From sequence record SRR31156797_77: a stretch of DNA of 39,607 bases, one strand, 5' to 3'. Within the stretch, counting starts at the first letter, position 1, and each line of letters begins with the position of its first letter. Below are positions 19,547 through 28,538 of this stretch, in pieces. Made by a program: the position numbers and the translations under genes. The notes below the pieces were generated by a model that did not search any database, had not been told where the DNA came from, and worked only from the letters and a program-made list of their open reading frames with translations.

Positions 19547-20566
19547 ATGAATAATATACACATTAAGCGCACAGAGCTCACTGCTGACTTAATCATTTAT
19601 TCCTTCTCTCAAGAAATGCCAAATAGCACTCTGTTTTGGTTGGTAATTCCACGCATACTAAATGAAGAGAGGGAAAGTAATAATGAAAATTGTTTTGAAC
19701 TCACCACTTTAAGAAAGTCTGTTTATCCTATAGATGCGAAAAATTTGGAGGGCCTAATGGTTTTAGACGCCTTGTTTTTCGTAAAAAACTATATTGATAG
19801 CACACTTTCATTTAGGAGGTCTTGCAGAGAAGGCATCTGTGGTAGTTGTTCAGTTAACATAAATGGTCTAAATACACTCTCTTGCATTCTTGACTGGAAT
19901 AATGTCAGAACTTCAACTTGCCTAATACATCCTATTCCAAATTTTTTAGTTAAACGAGATTTAGTTGTTGACTTAAAGCGGTTCTGGACACATTATAATT
20001 CCATTTCGCCATGGATAAATAAACGCTCCCTTATAGCCACAAATGATTCCTATAATAAAAAGCCAGGGCGTCTAGTAACCTACTCTAAGTCGTTTGACAA
20101 AATAACAAAGACCATTAGAGCTAGTGAAAACTGGAGTTTAAGCGGCAACAAAAACGCAGAATGGTGGGAAAGCAGCTTCATAAGATCTTTTTTAAATGGT
20201 ATATATGAATGTGTTCTCTGCGCTTGTTGCTCTTCAAGTTGCCCGAGTTACTGGTGGCAAAGCGAGCTTTATTTGGGTCCAGCTGTATTGCTACAGATGT
20301 CTAGGTGGGTAAATGATATAAAAGATGACTTTTTACTGGAAAGGATCAGTTATATGAAAGACTATTATAGATTATTCCAGTGTCACAATATTTTCAATTG
20401 CACCAAGACGTGCCCTAAAAACTTGAACCCAGGGGTTGTAATTTTAAACTTAAAGAAAATCTACGAAGTCGAGCTTGTACGACTATTTTCAGAGAGGATT
20501 TTGATTGATACCAAACAAAATAGTTATTTCACTAACACTTATTACATGAAGCACACAAGACCATAA
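19547..20566 (+). CDS. sdh2: Succinate dehydrogenase iron-sulfur subunit
   Basis: FRRSCREGICGSC, YECVLCACCSSSCPSYWW, CHNIFNCTKTCPKNLNPG. Confidence 0.98.
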   Translation: MNNIHIKRTELTADLIIYSFSQEMPNSTLFWLVIPRILNEERESNNENCFELTTLRKSVYPIDAKNLEGLMVLDALFFVKNYIDSTLSFRRSCREGICGSCSVNINGLNTLSCILDWNNVRTSTCLIHPIPNFLVKRDLVVDLKRFWTHYNSISPWINKRSLIATNDSYNKKPGRLVTYSKSFDKITKTIRASENWSLSGNKNAEWWESSFIRSFLNGIYECVLCACCSSSCPSYWWQSELYLGPAVLLQMSRWVNDIKDDFLLERISYMKDYYRLFQCHNIFNCTKTCPKNLNPGVVILNLKKIYEVELVRLFSERILIDTKQNSYFTNTYYMKHTRP

Positions 20567-20608
20567 AAAACGTAATTTAGAGTTACTTATTTGACTCACT
20601 GATTAGCT

Positions 20609-21433
20609 GTGTTATTAATGTCTATAGGACAAAGTGCTGTCTGGTGTCCAGAAACAAGAGCTTTAATGAAGAAGCAACATTCCATAATTAATTTAACCAG
20701 AACGAGACACATAAAAGTGGTTGTTTTGTTGGCTGTAATGGTGCTATTTCCTATAATAGGTTTGAGTCTATCGTTTGTGGATTTATTCTCTTTTATTGTT
20801 ACAATGGTGGTTATATCTGTCTCAACTGTTTATGTCAATCAAAGGAAGTCCGAAAGTGTGGAAAAAATTTTACAAATTAGAAGAAACCTAGACATCTCCT
20901 TATTAAACAGTTGTTTAATTCTTACTTTTATTTACTCTTATACATACGGATTGAAAAATTATTATTATTTAAGTAGTATGACCTACTCTAATCCATTGCT
21001 ATTCCATACCCCAAATAATCACCCAAATAAATTCCTGTTAGATATTTTGACTGCATACAACAGAATAGGTTCACATCATCTCTATAATGGAAGAAAAGTA
21101 ATAACTGCAAAGAAAAGTGATCACAATATTTATTGCCCAGTATTAAACTCTCAAGACTTTGTTAACAAGTACAACTATAATTGGTGTTCCAATGATTTCG
21201 CTACAAATAAAAAATTTACATTTACAGTGTTAAACACTACATCTTCACCGTTATATTTGTTTTCATTTTTGATGACCTGGATCATATATGCATCTTACCT
21301 AAGCATACAAAACACTACTATAAGTTTAGAGCAGGAAACCTTTTTAACAAATTATTACAGTAAACACAAACTAGACTATAGAGCCATTAACTCAAAGTTA
21401 CTAAACGTATTAGTGTCAACAATTATCATTTAA
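20609..21433 (+). CDS. Unidentified membrane protein, about 4 TM segments (orf274)
   Basis: Fills the gap between sdh2 and trnK; three N-terminal hydrophobic segments, a polar loop and one C-terminal hydrophobic segment. GTG start, or ATG at 20618. Confidence 0.65.
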   Translation: MLLMSIGQSAVWCPETRALMKKQHSIINLTRTRHIKVVVLLAVMVLFPIIGLSLSFVDLFSFIVTMVVISVSTVYVNQRKSESVEKILQIRRNLDISLLNSCLILTFIYSYTYGLKNYYYLSSMTYSNPLLFHTPNNHPNKFLLDILTAYNRIGSHHLYNGRKVITAKKSDHNIYCPVLNSQDFVNKYNYNWCSNDFATNKKFTFTVLNTTSSPLYLFSFLMTWIIYASYLSIQNTTISLEQETFLTNYYSKHKLDYRAINSKLLNVLVSTIII

Positions 21434-21446
21434 GTTAGAAGGAAAA

Positions 21447-21519
21447 TGTGCGTATTGGGATTTGAACCCAAAACCAGTGGATTAAAAGTCCAATGCTCTA
21501 CCAATTGAGCTATACGCAA
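21447..21519 (-). tRNA. trnK(uuu): tRNA-Lys (UUU)
   Basis: Anticodon loop CTTTTAA, A73; U1:C72 mismatch. Confidence 0.94.
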
Positions 21520-21529
21520 CTAGTTTGGA

Positions 21530-21602
21530 ACCGAATTAGCTCAATTGGTAGAGCAATTGATTTGTAATCAATTTGTTACTGGTTCAACTCCGGTATTCGG
21601 AT
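21530..21602 (+). tRNA. trnT(ugu): tRNA-Thr (UGU)
   Basis: ATTGA-TTTGTAA-TCAAT; A1:A72 mismatch. Confidence 0.93.
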
Positions 21603-21648
21603 CTTTCTTTGGGTATTTGTTCCTTTTTAAGCTAAAAAAAATTAGTTA

Positions 21649-23976
21649 ATGTCAAAACGAAGACTAAAAATTATCGCAACAAATTTGATATTTAATAAGT
21701 TGATTTATGTCGTTTATAAAATACTGGTTGCTTATAACTTTCTCTCAAAAAGAGGAGGCAGGTGTTTCCACAAGTCTGTAATAGAGCATCAATTACACTA
21801 TAGACTCATAACAGAAAAAGGGTTAAGACATAAGCTTAGTTTATTCTATGGACAAAACTATAATTTTCGCAATAACTTTGTTATAGAACTGCAAAGCATT
21901 ATTTATTGTTGCAAGATACTTAATGAGGCAGTAAGAAGATTTGAGGGTATATGTATAACAACAACACAATGGACTTGTGCTTTATCTCAATACTACGGCT
22001 ATTTTAATGAGGTAAAAGCCGGAGAGGGAAAAACAATTATTATATTGGTCTCCGCATTTATAAGTAATATAGACAGGAAAGGAACTCATGTTTACACATT
22101 TAATGATTACCTGGTTTTGCGTGATGCTATTAACGCGTCTAGGATATTTAACCCGATAGGAATATCGGTTGGTGCTCTGACGGTTGAAAATTGGCAACTT
22201 GTAATTAAGGACAAAGCATTAATGTCCAAAATGGCTTGGATGGATATAATTTATTCGACCTGTAAAACTTTTTCTTTTTGTTACTTAAGTGGGATTGAGA
22301 AAACCAGAGCTCCATATACAGCCATAGTTGACGAAGCGGATAATTTGATTTATGACCAAGCATATGTACCAATAATATTGTCTGAGGGCCATGTTCCATT
22401 CTTAGTGAATGAAACATTGAAAAGAGAATTGTTTAATATTGCTTCAATATTGAAAGAAAAAAAACACTATTTTGTGGTAAAAGGCAACGTTTTTCTTAAC
22501 GAACTGGGCCTTTTACAAGTAGGTAAGGCGTTAAAAGAAGGAAACCTTAAATTTAACTTTATAAATGAAACTTCATTTATGAACCTAAATTTACTAAATT
22601 TAATTAAACAGTATATATTTGCAATAAAAGTTTTAAGAAAAAATGTTGATTACTCAATTTATAAGAAAGACAATAAAATTGTGCTGCTTGATCCTAGTAC
22701 CAGTCGTATTTCTGAAGGTTCAGTCTTTTCCTATGGCTTACAGGAAGCCCTTTACATGAAGGAAAACATTTTTCATCTAGATAGTGAAACAAGAGGTGAT
22801 TCTCATATGGTTGTAATGGATTTGTGGGGCAAATACTGTAAAGTTGTTGGCTTGTCTGCTACTCTTAAATATAATAATATTTATCACTTTTTAAAGGTAC
22901 ATTTTTCTATTCCGAAGTATCAAATACTTTTATTTCCAAAGGCAAAAAAAGATAGCAGATTTGATTTCAAAGGTGTCCATTTATCACGTGTTAGTGATGT
23001 CAATAACATATTAATATTGTTTATAATAGCTTTAGGTATTTGTGGCAGACCTATAGTTATGGTTGATAATAGTCATAATCACATAATCAAAATTACTCTT
23101 CAGCTCAAAAGGCTCGGCGTAGCTTTTCAAAAAGTGAGTTTTGACGATGCAAGTCACGAAAATATAATGGTTAGAAGAGCTGGATCTCCTGGTTTTCACA
23201 CGATTTGTTCTAGGGTGATCTCCAGAGGAACAGACATGGTCTCAAGTGAGTCTTATAGCTTACGTTTGTCTAGATTGTCTCTTAGTAATGCATTATCTTC
23301 CGCTGCAGGTGGAACTTCTCTTATATTAATTAATGGGGAGAAACAATCTCCTCGCTTGGTGGAACAAATCAAGGGAAGAGTCTCTAGAAGAGGTTCTATA
23401 GGAACCTCTTTTAATTTCAGCTTATCAAAATTGAAAAAGTTTGAGTCGTTCCTCAATTCAAGTTTTAATTCTTCTTCTAATATCTACTCGTGTAGACAAA
23501 AAAATTTTGAGTCTATATTGGAATTCTCAACCGCAATAAACAATAATTATTTATATAAGCTAATTCAGACTAAAAACACTGAAAAAGAAAAAATTTTATG
23601 TGCTTTATTTGGAAGGGGAAAATTAACTGACTCTGTGAAGAAGAAGGTAATAAAAATAATATTTATGGAATTAGAAAGTATTAAATTCAGAAGCATAAGT
23701 GCCTTTTTGTTAAAAAGAGACATAGTTACAAGTCTTACTTATCTAATGGAGAGAGATCTACAAAAAGATGGTAAAAAGCTAGAAAACTTTTTTGCGGAAA
23801 ACAAGTTATGTATAAATTATGGTTTACCAGTTAACAGAGGTCTTTTATTATATGAAATAAAATTTATAAGTAGGATAAATGACTTTAAGCTTTCTGAAGA
23901 TAATAATAAAACAGTGGTAAGATTCCTTATGGAATTGGAAAAATTAAATATTCAAAAAATAAGAAGAAGGCAATAG
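21649..23976 (+). CDS. secA: Preprotein translocase ATPase SecA (775 aa)
   Basis: EVKAGEGKT (Walker A, EMxTGEGKT), HVYTFNDYLVLRDA, AIVDEADNL, GLQEALYMKE, GLSAT, GRPIV, SRGTDM, QIKGRVSRRGSIGTS, all colinear with SecA. Confidence 0.95.
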   Translation: MSKRRLKIIATNLIFNKLIYVVYKILVAYNFLSKRGGRCFHKSVIEHQLHYRLITEKGLRHKLSLFYGQNYNFRNNFVIELQSIIYCCKILNEAVRRFEGICITTTQWTCALSQYYGYFNEVKAGEGKTIIILVSAFISNIDRKGTHVYTFNDYLVLRDAINASRIFNPIGISVGALTVENWQLVIKDKALMSKMAWMDIIYSTCKTFSFCYLSGIEKTRAPYTAIVDEADNLIYDQAYVPIILSEGHVPFLVNETLKRELFNIASILKEKKHYFVVKGNVFLNELGLLQVGKALKEGNLKFNFINETSFMNLNLLNLIKQYIFAIKVLRKNVDYSIYKKDNKIVLLDPSTSRISEGSVFSYGLQEALYMKENIFHLDSETRGDSHMVVMDLWGKYCKVVGLSATLKYNNIYHFLKVHFSIPKYQILLFPKAKKDSRFDFKGVHLSRVSDVNNILILFIIALGICGRPIVMVDNSHNHIIKITLQLKRLGVAFQKVSFDDASHENIMVRRAGSPGFHTICSRVISRGTDMVSSESYSLRLSRLSLSNALSSAAGGTSLILINGEKQSPRLVEQIKGRVSRRGSIGTSFNFSLSKLKKFESFLNSSFNSSSNIYSCRQKNFESILEFSTAINNNYLYKLIQTKNTEKEKILCALFGRGKLTDSVKKKVIKIIFMELESIKFRSISAFLLKRDIVTSLTYLMERDLQKDGKKLENFFAENKLCINYGLPVNRGLLLYEIKFISRINDFKLSEDNNKTVVRFLMELEKLNIQKIRRRQ

Positions 23977-24069
23977 AGTTAATATACATTAATATATAAT
24001 GAATTAAGCAGAAGCAAGATATAGAACCCAAAGCAATTAGCTAAAGAAAGTAAAAAGGAAGAGAAAAGA

Positions 24070-24966
24070 ATGGCTGATATTAATAAATTTAAGGCAAAAA
24101 TAAAGACTAATGAGTCCGCAAAAAAAATAACTAAAGCTATGAAAATGATATCAACCTCTAAATTAAGAAATTTGCAGCGTGAAAAGATGAATCTTGATCT
24201 TTTTTTTCCTCGATTTTTTAGTGTGTTTAAAAGCTTTTATAGTTTGGAGAAAAGTTTCTTAAATTTAACTCCGTTGAATTATAATATTGTATTAATAACC
24301 ACCGATCGCGGTCTCTGTGGTAGTATTAACAACTTGAATATGAAAAAGTACGGTTTTATGATTCACAGATTAATTACTTTTGCTAATTATAACAATAATA
24401 AACACTCAGTTAGTACTACATGTTTTGGAAATAAGGGTCTGCTGTTTATAAGTAAGTACAAATACTTTACAAAAATGGATGACACATTTGTTTTCAGTGA
24501 GTTGAACAAAAAAAACACATTTTTTAATTGGATGAACAACGTTATAAAACAAATTTTTGATTGCTTGCCTAAAGAGAACCTACTAGAGTCCCAAAAATAT
24601 GGATGTGATTTAACTATCTTCTTTTTTCATAGATTTTATTCTACAATGGTTAATAAACTAAGGATTCAGTTTTTTTTTTCTAAACCACTGTTTAAAACCT
24701 CAAACGTTGCGAAGAAAAACGACAAAAACGTAACAACAAATCCCAATGTATGGGAATATTTTTACATAACTCATTTATTTTATTCTATAATAAATAATAG
24801 CAAGAGTGAACTTGCTTCACGTATTAACGTTATGCAGAACTCAATTAATAGTGCAGAGAAATTAATATCAAAACTAGTCATACAAGAAAATAAAACTAGA
24901 CAGTCTTTGATAACTAGGGAATTATCGGAATTGGTAGCGGGACTTAATGCTACATTCATAGAATAA
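24070..24966 (+). CDS. atp3: ATP synthase F1 gamma subunit
   Basis: KITKAMKMIS, TDRGLCGSIN, SELASRINVM, RQSLITRELSELVAG. Confidence 0.97.
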   Translation: MADINKFKAKIKTNESAKKITKAMKMISTSKLRNLQREKMNLDLFFPRFFSVFKSFYSLEKSFLNLTPLNYNIVLITTDRGLCGSINNLNMKKYGFMIHRLITFANYNNNKHSVSTTCFGNKGLLFISKYKYFTKMDDTFVFSELNKKNTFFNWMNNVIKQIFDCLPKENLLESQKYGCDLTIFFFHRFYSTMVNKLRIQFFFSKPLFKTSNVAKKNDKNVTTNPNVWEYFYITHLFYSIINNSKSELASRINVMQNSINSAEKLISKLVIQENKTRQSLITRELSELVAGLNATFIE

Positions 24967-24994
24967 AATAAAAAGTCTAAACGAAAGAGGCCTA

Positions 24995-25228
24995 ATGTTA
25001 AGTTTTACGATTAAACAAGTATTTAATCTTACAATCAAACTTTTAAAAAATTGCTATTGCAGCAACTACAAAGTCATTAAATCATTAATTCTGTACTCAT
25101 ATTCCATCATTTGCGGTTATTGTGCCTTTATAAGAAAAGAGGAAACAAGCCCAACCAAATTAATTGGAATTGGATATATAATGTTCTTTGTTCTTATTAT
25201 ACTTGATCTAATTTGCAGATTTTGTTAG
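24995..25228 (+). CDS. Small ORF with C-terminal TM helix (orf77); weak SecE candidate
   Basis: ATG-started ORF filling the gap between atp3 and orf339; hydrophobic end LIGIGYIMFFVLIILDLI. Confidence 0.45.
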   Translation: MLSFTIKQVFNLTIKLLKNCYCSNYKVIKSLILYSYSIICGYCAFIRKEETSPTKLIGIGYIMFFVLIILDLICRFC

Positions 25229-25261
25229 ATAAACAAAATTAAAATTTGATTAAAAGAAAAG

Positions 25262-26281
25262 ATGACCAAGTTTGTAAAATTTCCTGAAACAAAAACCCCA
25301 AAAATTTGTTATATGACTTCTGAACCGAAAGACATATATTGCTATCTTGACGTTTTGATGGATGAATCTGAAAGGGTTAAGGAAGACAGATTTTGGGTTG
25401 AAAGAGGCACTATTAAAAAAGAAGATCTTCTCACTACCCATTTGTCAAACAATATAGACTGGTTCTTAAGGTTTAGGCATTATTGGTATTCATTTAGTTC
25501 TATTTATTATTTATTGAGCAATTGGGAAAAATTTACTTCTTATAATTCCAAGGCTTGCGGGATGGCGAGAGGCATTGCTTGCACTTCAAGCTATGTTGCA
25601 AACAAACACCTTATGTTAAAAAACAAAAGGAGCAAGTTTATTGCTAGATGGTTAAACAAGAAAAATTGGAAACCTATGTTTAAACAAAATACTCTTGTCA
25701 CCAACTTAGTCTTTAGAGAGGCTTTTCCTACAAGACTATTGTTTTTGGAGCATTTAGATATTTTTGAGGCTTATGGTGATGATTCTAGTAGTGGAATAAA
25801 TGATGAAGTAGGTGCAGAGGAAAATTTGGATCTGCATGAAACATCACTTGATATAGAGGCGGAAGCGTTTGAAGAGGAACCAAATTTTCTCAAATGTTTT
25901 CCCAATAACTTTGAAGTTATAAACTGCGCCTTTAAAGTCGACAATATTTTCGTTGTAAACGTTTGTGATCCGGATCACTATGACGCTTTAGATTATGCAG
26001 ACTTAGATAATGCAATCTACAGAAAGGATCATAAAAAACAGACTTATGAATGGCAAACGAATTTTGCGTATACTGTTTTAAACATGGATGCAGAAAGCAA
26101 AGTATTGGCAAGGTTATTCATTAAAAATATAATAACAAACAAAAAAATTAAAACAAAAAGAAAGCTTACCTTGCTCAAATTATTAAAAGGTACCAAAAGT
26201 AGCAACCCAACGTCCAATTGGGTAAGATCCGATATATTTCGCTTCTTTCTACTAACCAGTTGTGTTTCTATCTTCGGATGA
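25262..26281 (+). CDS. Unidentified protein (orf339); possible expanded ATP synthase epsilon (AtpC) homologue
   Basis: Long ATG ORF with an acidic tract; two segments resemble AtpC (see findings). Confidence 0.65.
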   Translation: MTKFVKFPETKTPKICYMTSEPKDIYCYLDVLMDESERVKEDRFWVERGTIKKEDLLTTHLSNNIDWFLRFRHYWYSFSSIYYLLSNWEKFTSYNSKACGMARGIACTSSYVANKHLMLKNKRSKFIARWLNKKNWKPMFKQNTLVTNLVFREAFPTRLLFLEHLDIFEAYGDDSSSGINDEVGAEENLDLHETSLDIEAEAFEEEPNFLKCFPNNFEVINCAFKVDNIFVVNVCDPDHYDALDYADLDNAIYRKDHKKQTYEWQTNFAYTVLNMDAESKVLARLFIKNIITNKKIKTKRKLTLLKLLKGTKSSNPTSNWVRSDIFRFFLLTSCVSIFG

Positions 26282-26359
26282 AGTAGGATTCGAACCTACG
26301 GTGATTAAGATCACTCCAGTTTTCAAGACTGGCACTTTAAGCCTCTCAGTCATTCATCC
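26275..26359 (-). tRNA. trnS(uga): tRNA-Ser (UGA)
   Basis: GGATGAA/TTCATCC-G, CCAGT-CTTGAAA-ACTGG, long variable arm; 3' end overlaps the orf339 stop. Confidence 0.95.
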
Positions 26360-26375
26360 AATTATTTTTTCTACT

Positions 26376-26462
26376 TGGAAAAGGTAGGATTTGAACCTAC
26401 GAAGATTTGTTTAATCAACAGATTTACAGTCTGCCGCTTTAGACCAACTCAGCCACTTTTCC
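26376..26462 (-). tRNA. trnY(gua): tRNA-Tyr (GUA)
   Basis: GGAAAAG/CTTTTCC-A, anticodon loop CTGTAAA, long variable arm. Confidence 0.95.
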
Positions 26463-26549
26463 AACACCAAAACCAGAACATATTAATAATGATCGAATTT
26501 ATTGCTTAAGAAGTTTTTTCTGTTCGTTTTAGTAAGAAGCTTTTTATAA

Positions 26550-27257
26550 ATGTTGTCCCCACTTGAGCAATTTAGTTTAGATTTTGGAATTGTCTTTACT
26601 AGTTTGATCGTGTCTATTGACGTTGCACTACCTTCGTTCATTAACGCCTCATTGAACAACTCTGGTTATAAAAGTAGAAAGGGTTCATCTAGTAGCTTGG
26701 GAACCTCCTTTATAAAGGGGTTGTTGAGTGAAATAGTTGGTGTTAAAGGTTATGGCCTAGTTGTGAATTGTATATTTACAACTATAGTTATAACAAATTT
26801 CATAGGTTTTGTTATAGGAAGTGGAACAGGAACTAGTAATATATCACTGACTTCTTTTTTTTCATTTAGCATTATTTTTGGTGTTACTTTCATTGGTTTA
26901 CTAAAAAATGGTTTAGCTTTTTTCAAGCTTTTCATGCCTTCTGGAGCCCCTAAGGCTCTTATACCTTTTTTGATAGTTATTGAGGTTGTTTCTTACTTAT
27001 TTAGAATATTAAGTTTATCTATAAGGTTATTTGCCAATATAACTGCAGGACATGTTTTAATTCACATATTAACCGGATTTATATGGACTTTTTATCAGTT
27101 TGAGTCTGCCAGTTTGCAGTCAGGGATTGCAATTACATTATTAAGCGCCTTAGTAGTAATATTAGGTTTTATGGAATTTGCCATAGGTTTTTTACAGGCC
27201 TACGTTTTCATAATCTTAACTTGCATTTACTTAAATGAAGCAATACACCTACATTAA
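26550..27257 (+). CDS. atp6: ATP synthase Fo subunit a
   Basis: SPLEQF, LSLSIRLFANITAGH, LQAYVF. Confidence 0.98.
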   Translation: MLSPLEQFSLDFGIVFTSLIVSIDVALPSFINASLNNSGYKSRKGSSSSLGTSFIKGLLSEIVGVKGYGLVVNCIFTTIVITNFIGFVIGSGTGTSNISLTSFFSFSIIFGVTFIGLLKNGLAFFKLFMPSGAPKALIPFLIVIEVVSYLFRILSLSIRLFANITAGHVLIHILTGFIWTFYQFESASLQSGIAITLLSALVVILGFMEFAIGFLQAYVFIILTCIYLNEAIHLH

Positions 27258-27269
27258 AATTTTTTAAAG

Positions 27270-27569
27270 ATGAAAAAAAGTATTGTTGATAAAGAGAGAA
27301 GAGCCATTTATAGAAAAAAGGAAATAATAAAAAAAATACAGAAGGCATATCTGTTCAACTGTTATATTAAGTCCTCATTCAGGTGGTGGTTTGGAGTAAG
27401 TAAACTAAATCAACACCCAAAAAATTCGTCAATAACACGCATTAGAAATAGGTGCGTGTTTACCGGCAGGGGTCGGGCTGTTAACAAGAAATTTAGAGTA
27501 TCCAGAATAGTTTTTAGGGAATTGGCATGCAAAGGACTACTACCAGGAATACAACGGCTTTCCAGATAA
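27270..27569 (+). CDS. rps14: Ribosomal protein S14
   Basis: RIRNRCVFTGRGR, SRIVFRELA, LPG. Confidence 0.97.
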   Translation: MKKSIVDKERRAIYRKKEIIKKIQKAYLFNCYIKSSFRWWFGVSKLNQHPKNSSITRIRNRCVFTGRGRAVNKKFRVSRIVFRELACKGLLPGIQRLSR

Positions 27570-27632
27570 AATTATAAAAGCATCTTTTTTTTATCGAGTG
27601 CAATTCTTTTGACATTTGTTAAAACAGTAATA

Positions 27633-27845
27633 ATGCCTCAACTAGACGGTTTGATTTTTTTAACACAGGTACTAATATCAACCTTTGTATTTTCTTTGTC
27701 TTATTATTTACAGGCTGAGTTTTTGTCTCCATACAGGACAGCGGTGTCTTGGGAAAGTTCTATGTTTCTGGCCCGCACTGTAAAACAAATTTACATAATA
27801 AGACTAATTAAGGAGAAAAAAGTCCGTAAAAAAATAACGTTATAA
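27633..27845 (+). CDS. atp8: ATP synthase subunit 8
   Basis: Hallmark MPQLD start at 27633, followed by one TM helix and a basic tail. Confidence 0.92.
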   Translation: MPQLDGLIFLTQVLISTFVFSLSYYLQAEFLSPYRTAVSWESSMFLARTVKQIYIIRLIKEKKVRKKITL

Positions 27846-27959
27846 TATATTAAAGACTCAATTTAGTTCATAGCAGCTTTTTTTACAAAGAAATAAAGAT
27901 ACTTCAGTGATATTGAAAAATTATCAAATTCAGCTCAATATATAAATGCACTTTTTTGA

Positions 27960-28187
<228 letters not shown>

Positions 28188-28193
28188 TGGATT

Positions 28194-28265
28194 TTTGAGT
28201 AAGAGGATTCGAACCTCTGTATGTCAGTGCCAAAAACTGATGCCTTACCACTTGGCTATACTCAA
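28194..28265 (-). tRNA. trnQ(uug): tRNA-Gln (UUG)
   Basis: TTGAGTA/TACTCAA acceptor, TCAGT-TTTTGGC-ACTGA. Confidence 0.94.
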
Positions 28266-28326
28266 CCCATTTTTTTCCTTTTATTTTACTCATTATTCAA
28301 TTTATGTTTGTTATTTAATTCAGAGC

Positions 28327-28411
28327 GAAGAGATGACCGAGAGGTTTAAGGTGCCAATTTGCTAAATTGGAGTGATCTTAATCACCATGGGTTCGAATCC
28401 CATTCTCTCCG
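28327..28411 (+). tRNA. trnS(gcu): tRNA-Ser (GCU)
   Basis: CCAAT-TTGCTAA-ATTGG, long variable arm, G73; A2:C71 mismatch. Confidence 0.95.
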
Positions 28412-28538
28412 CGCAATTTTTTTGTGACAATAGAGGCTTGTCTATTTAATTAAACAAATAAGCAATTTTCGTCAAAGACAACAAGAGTTTTTTTGGAAAA
28501 AAAAAACGAATTCAACAAAAGTTTTTAACAAAAAAAAA

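Noticed and set aside
27609-27632. TTG start for atp8
   Set aside because: The canonical MPQLD start is at 27633.
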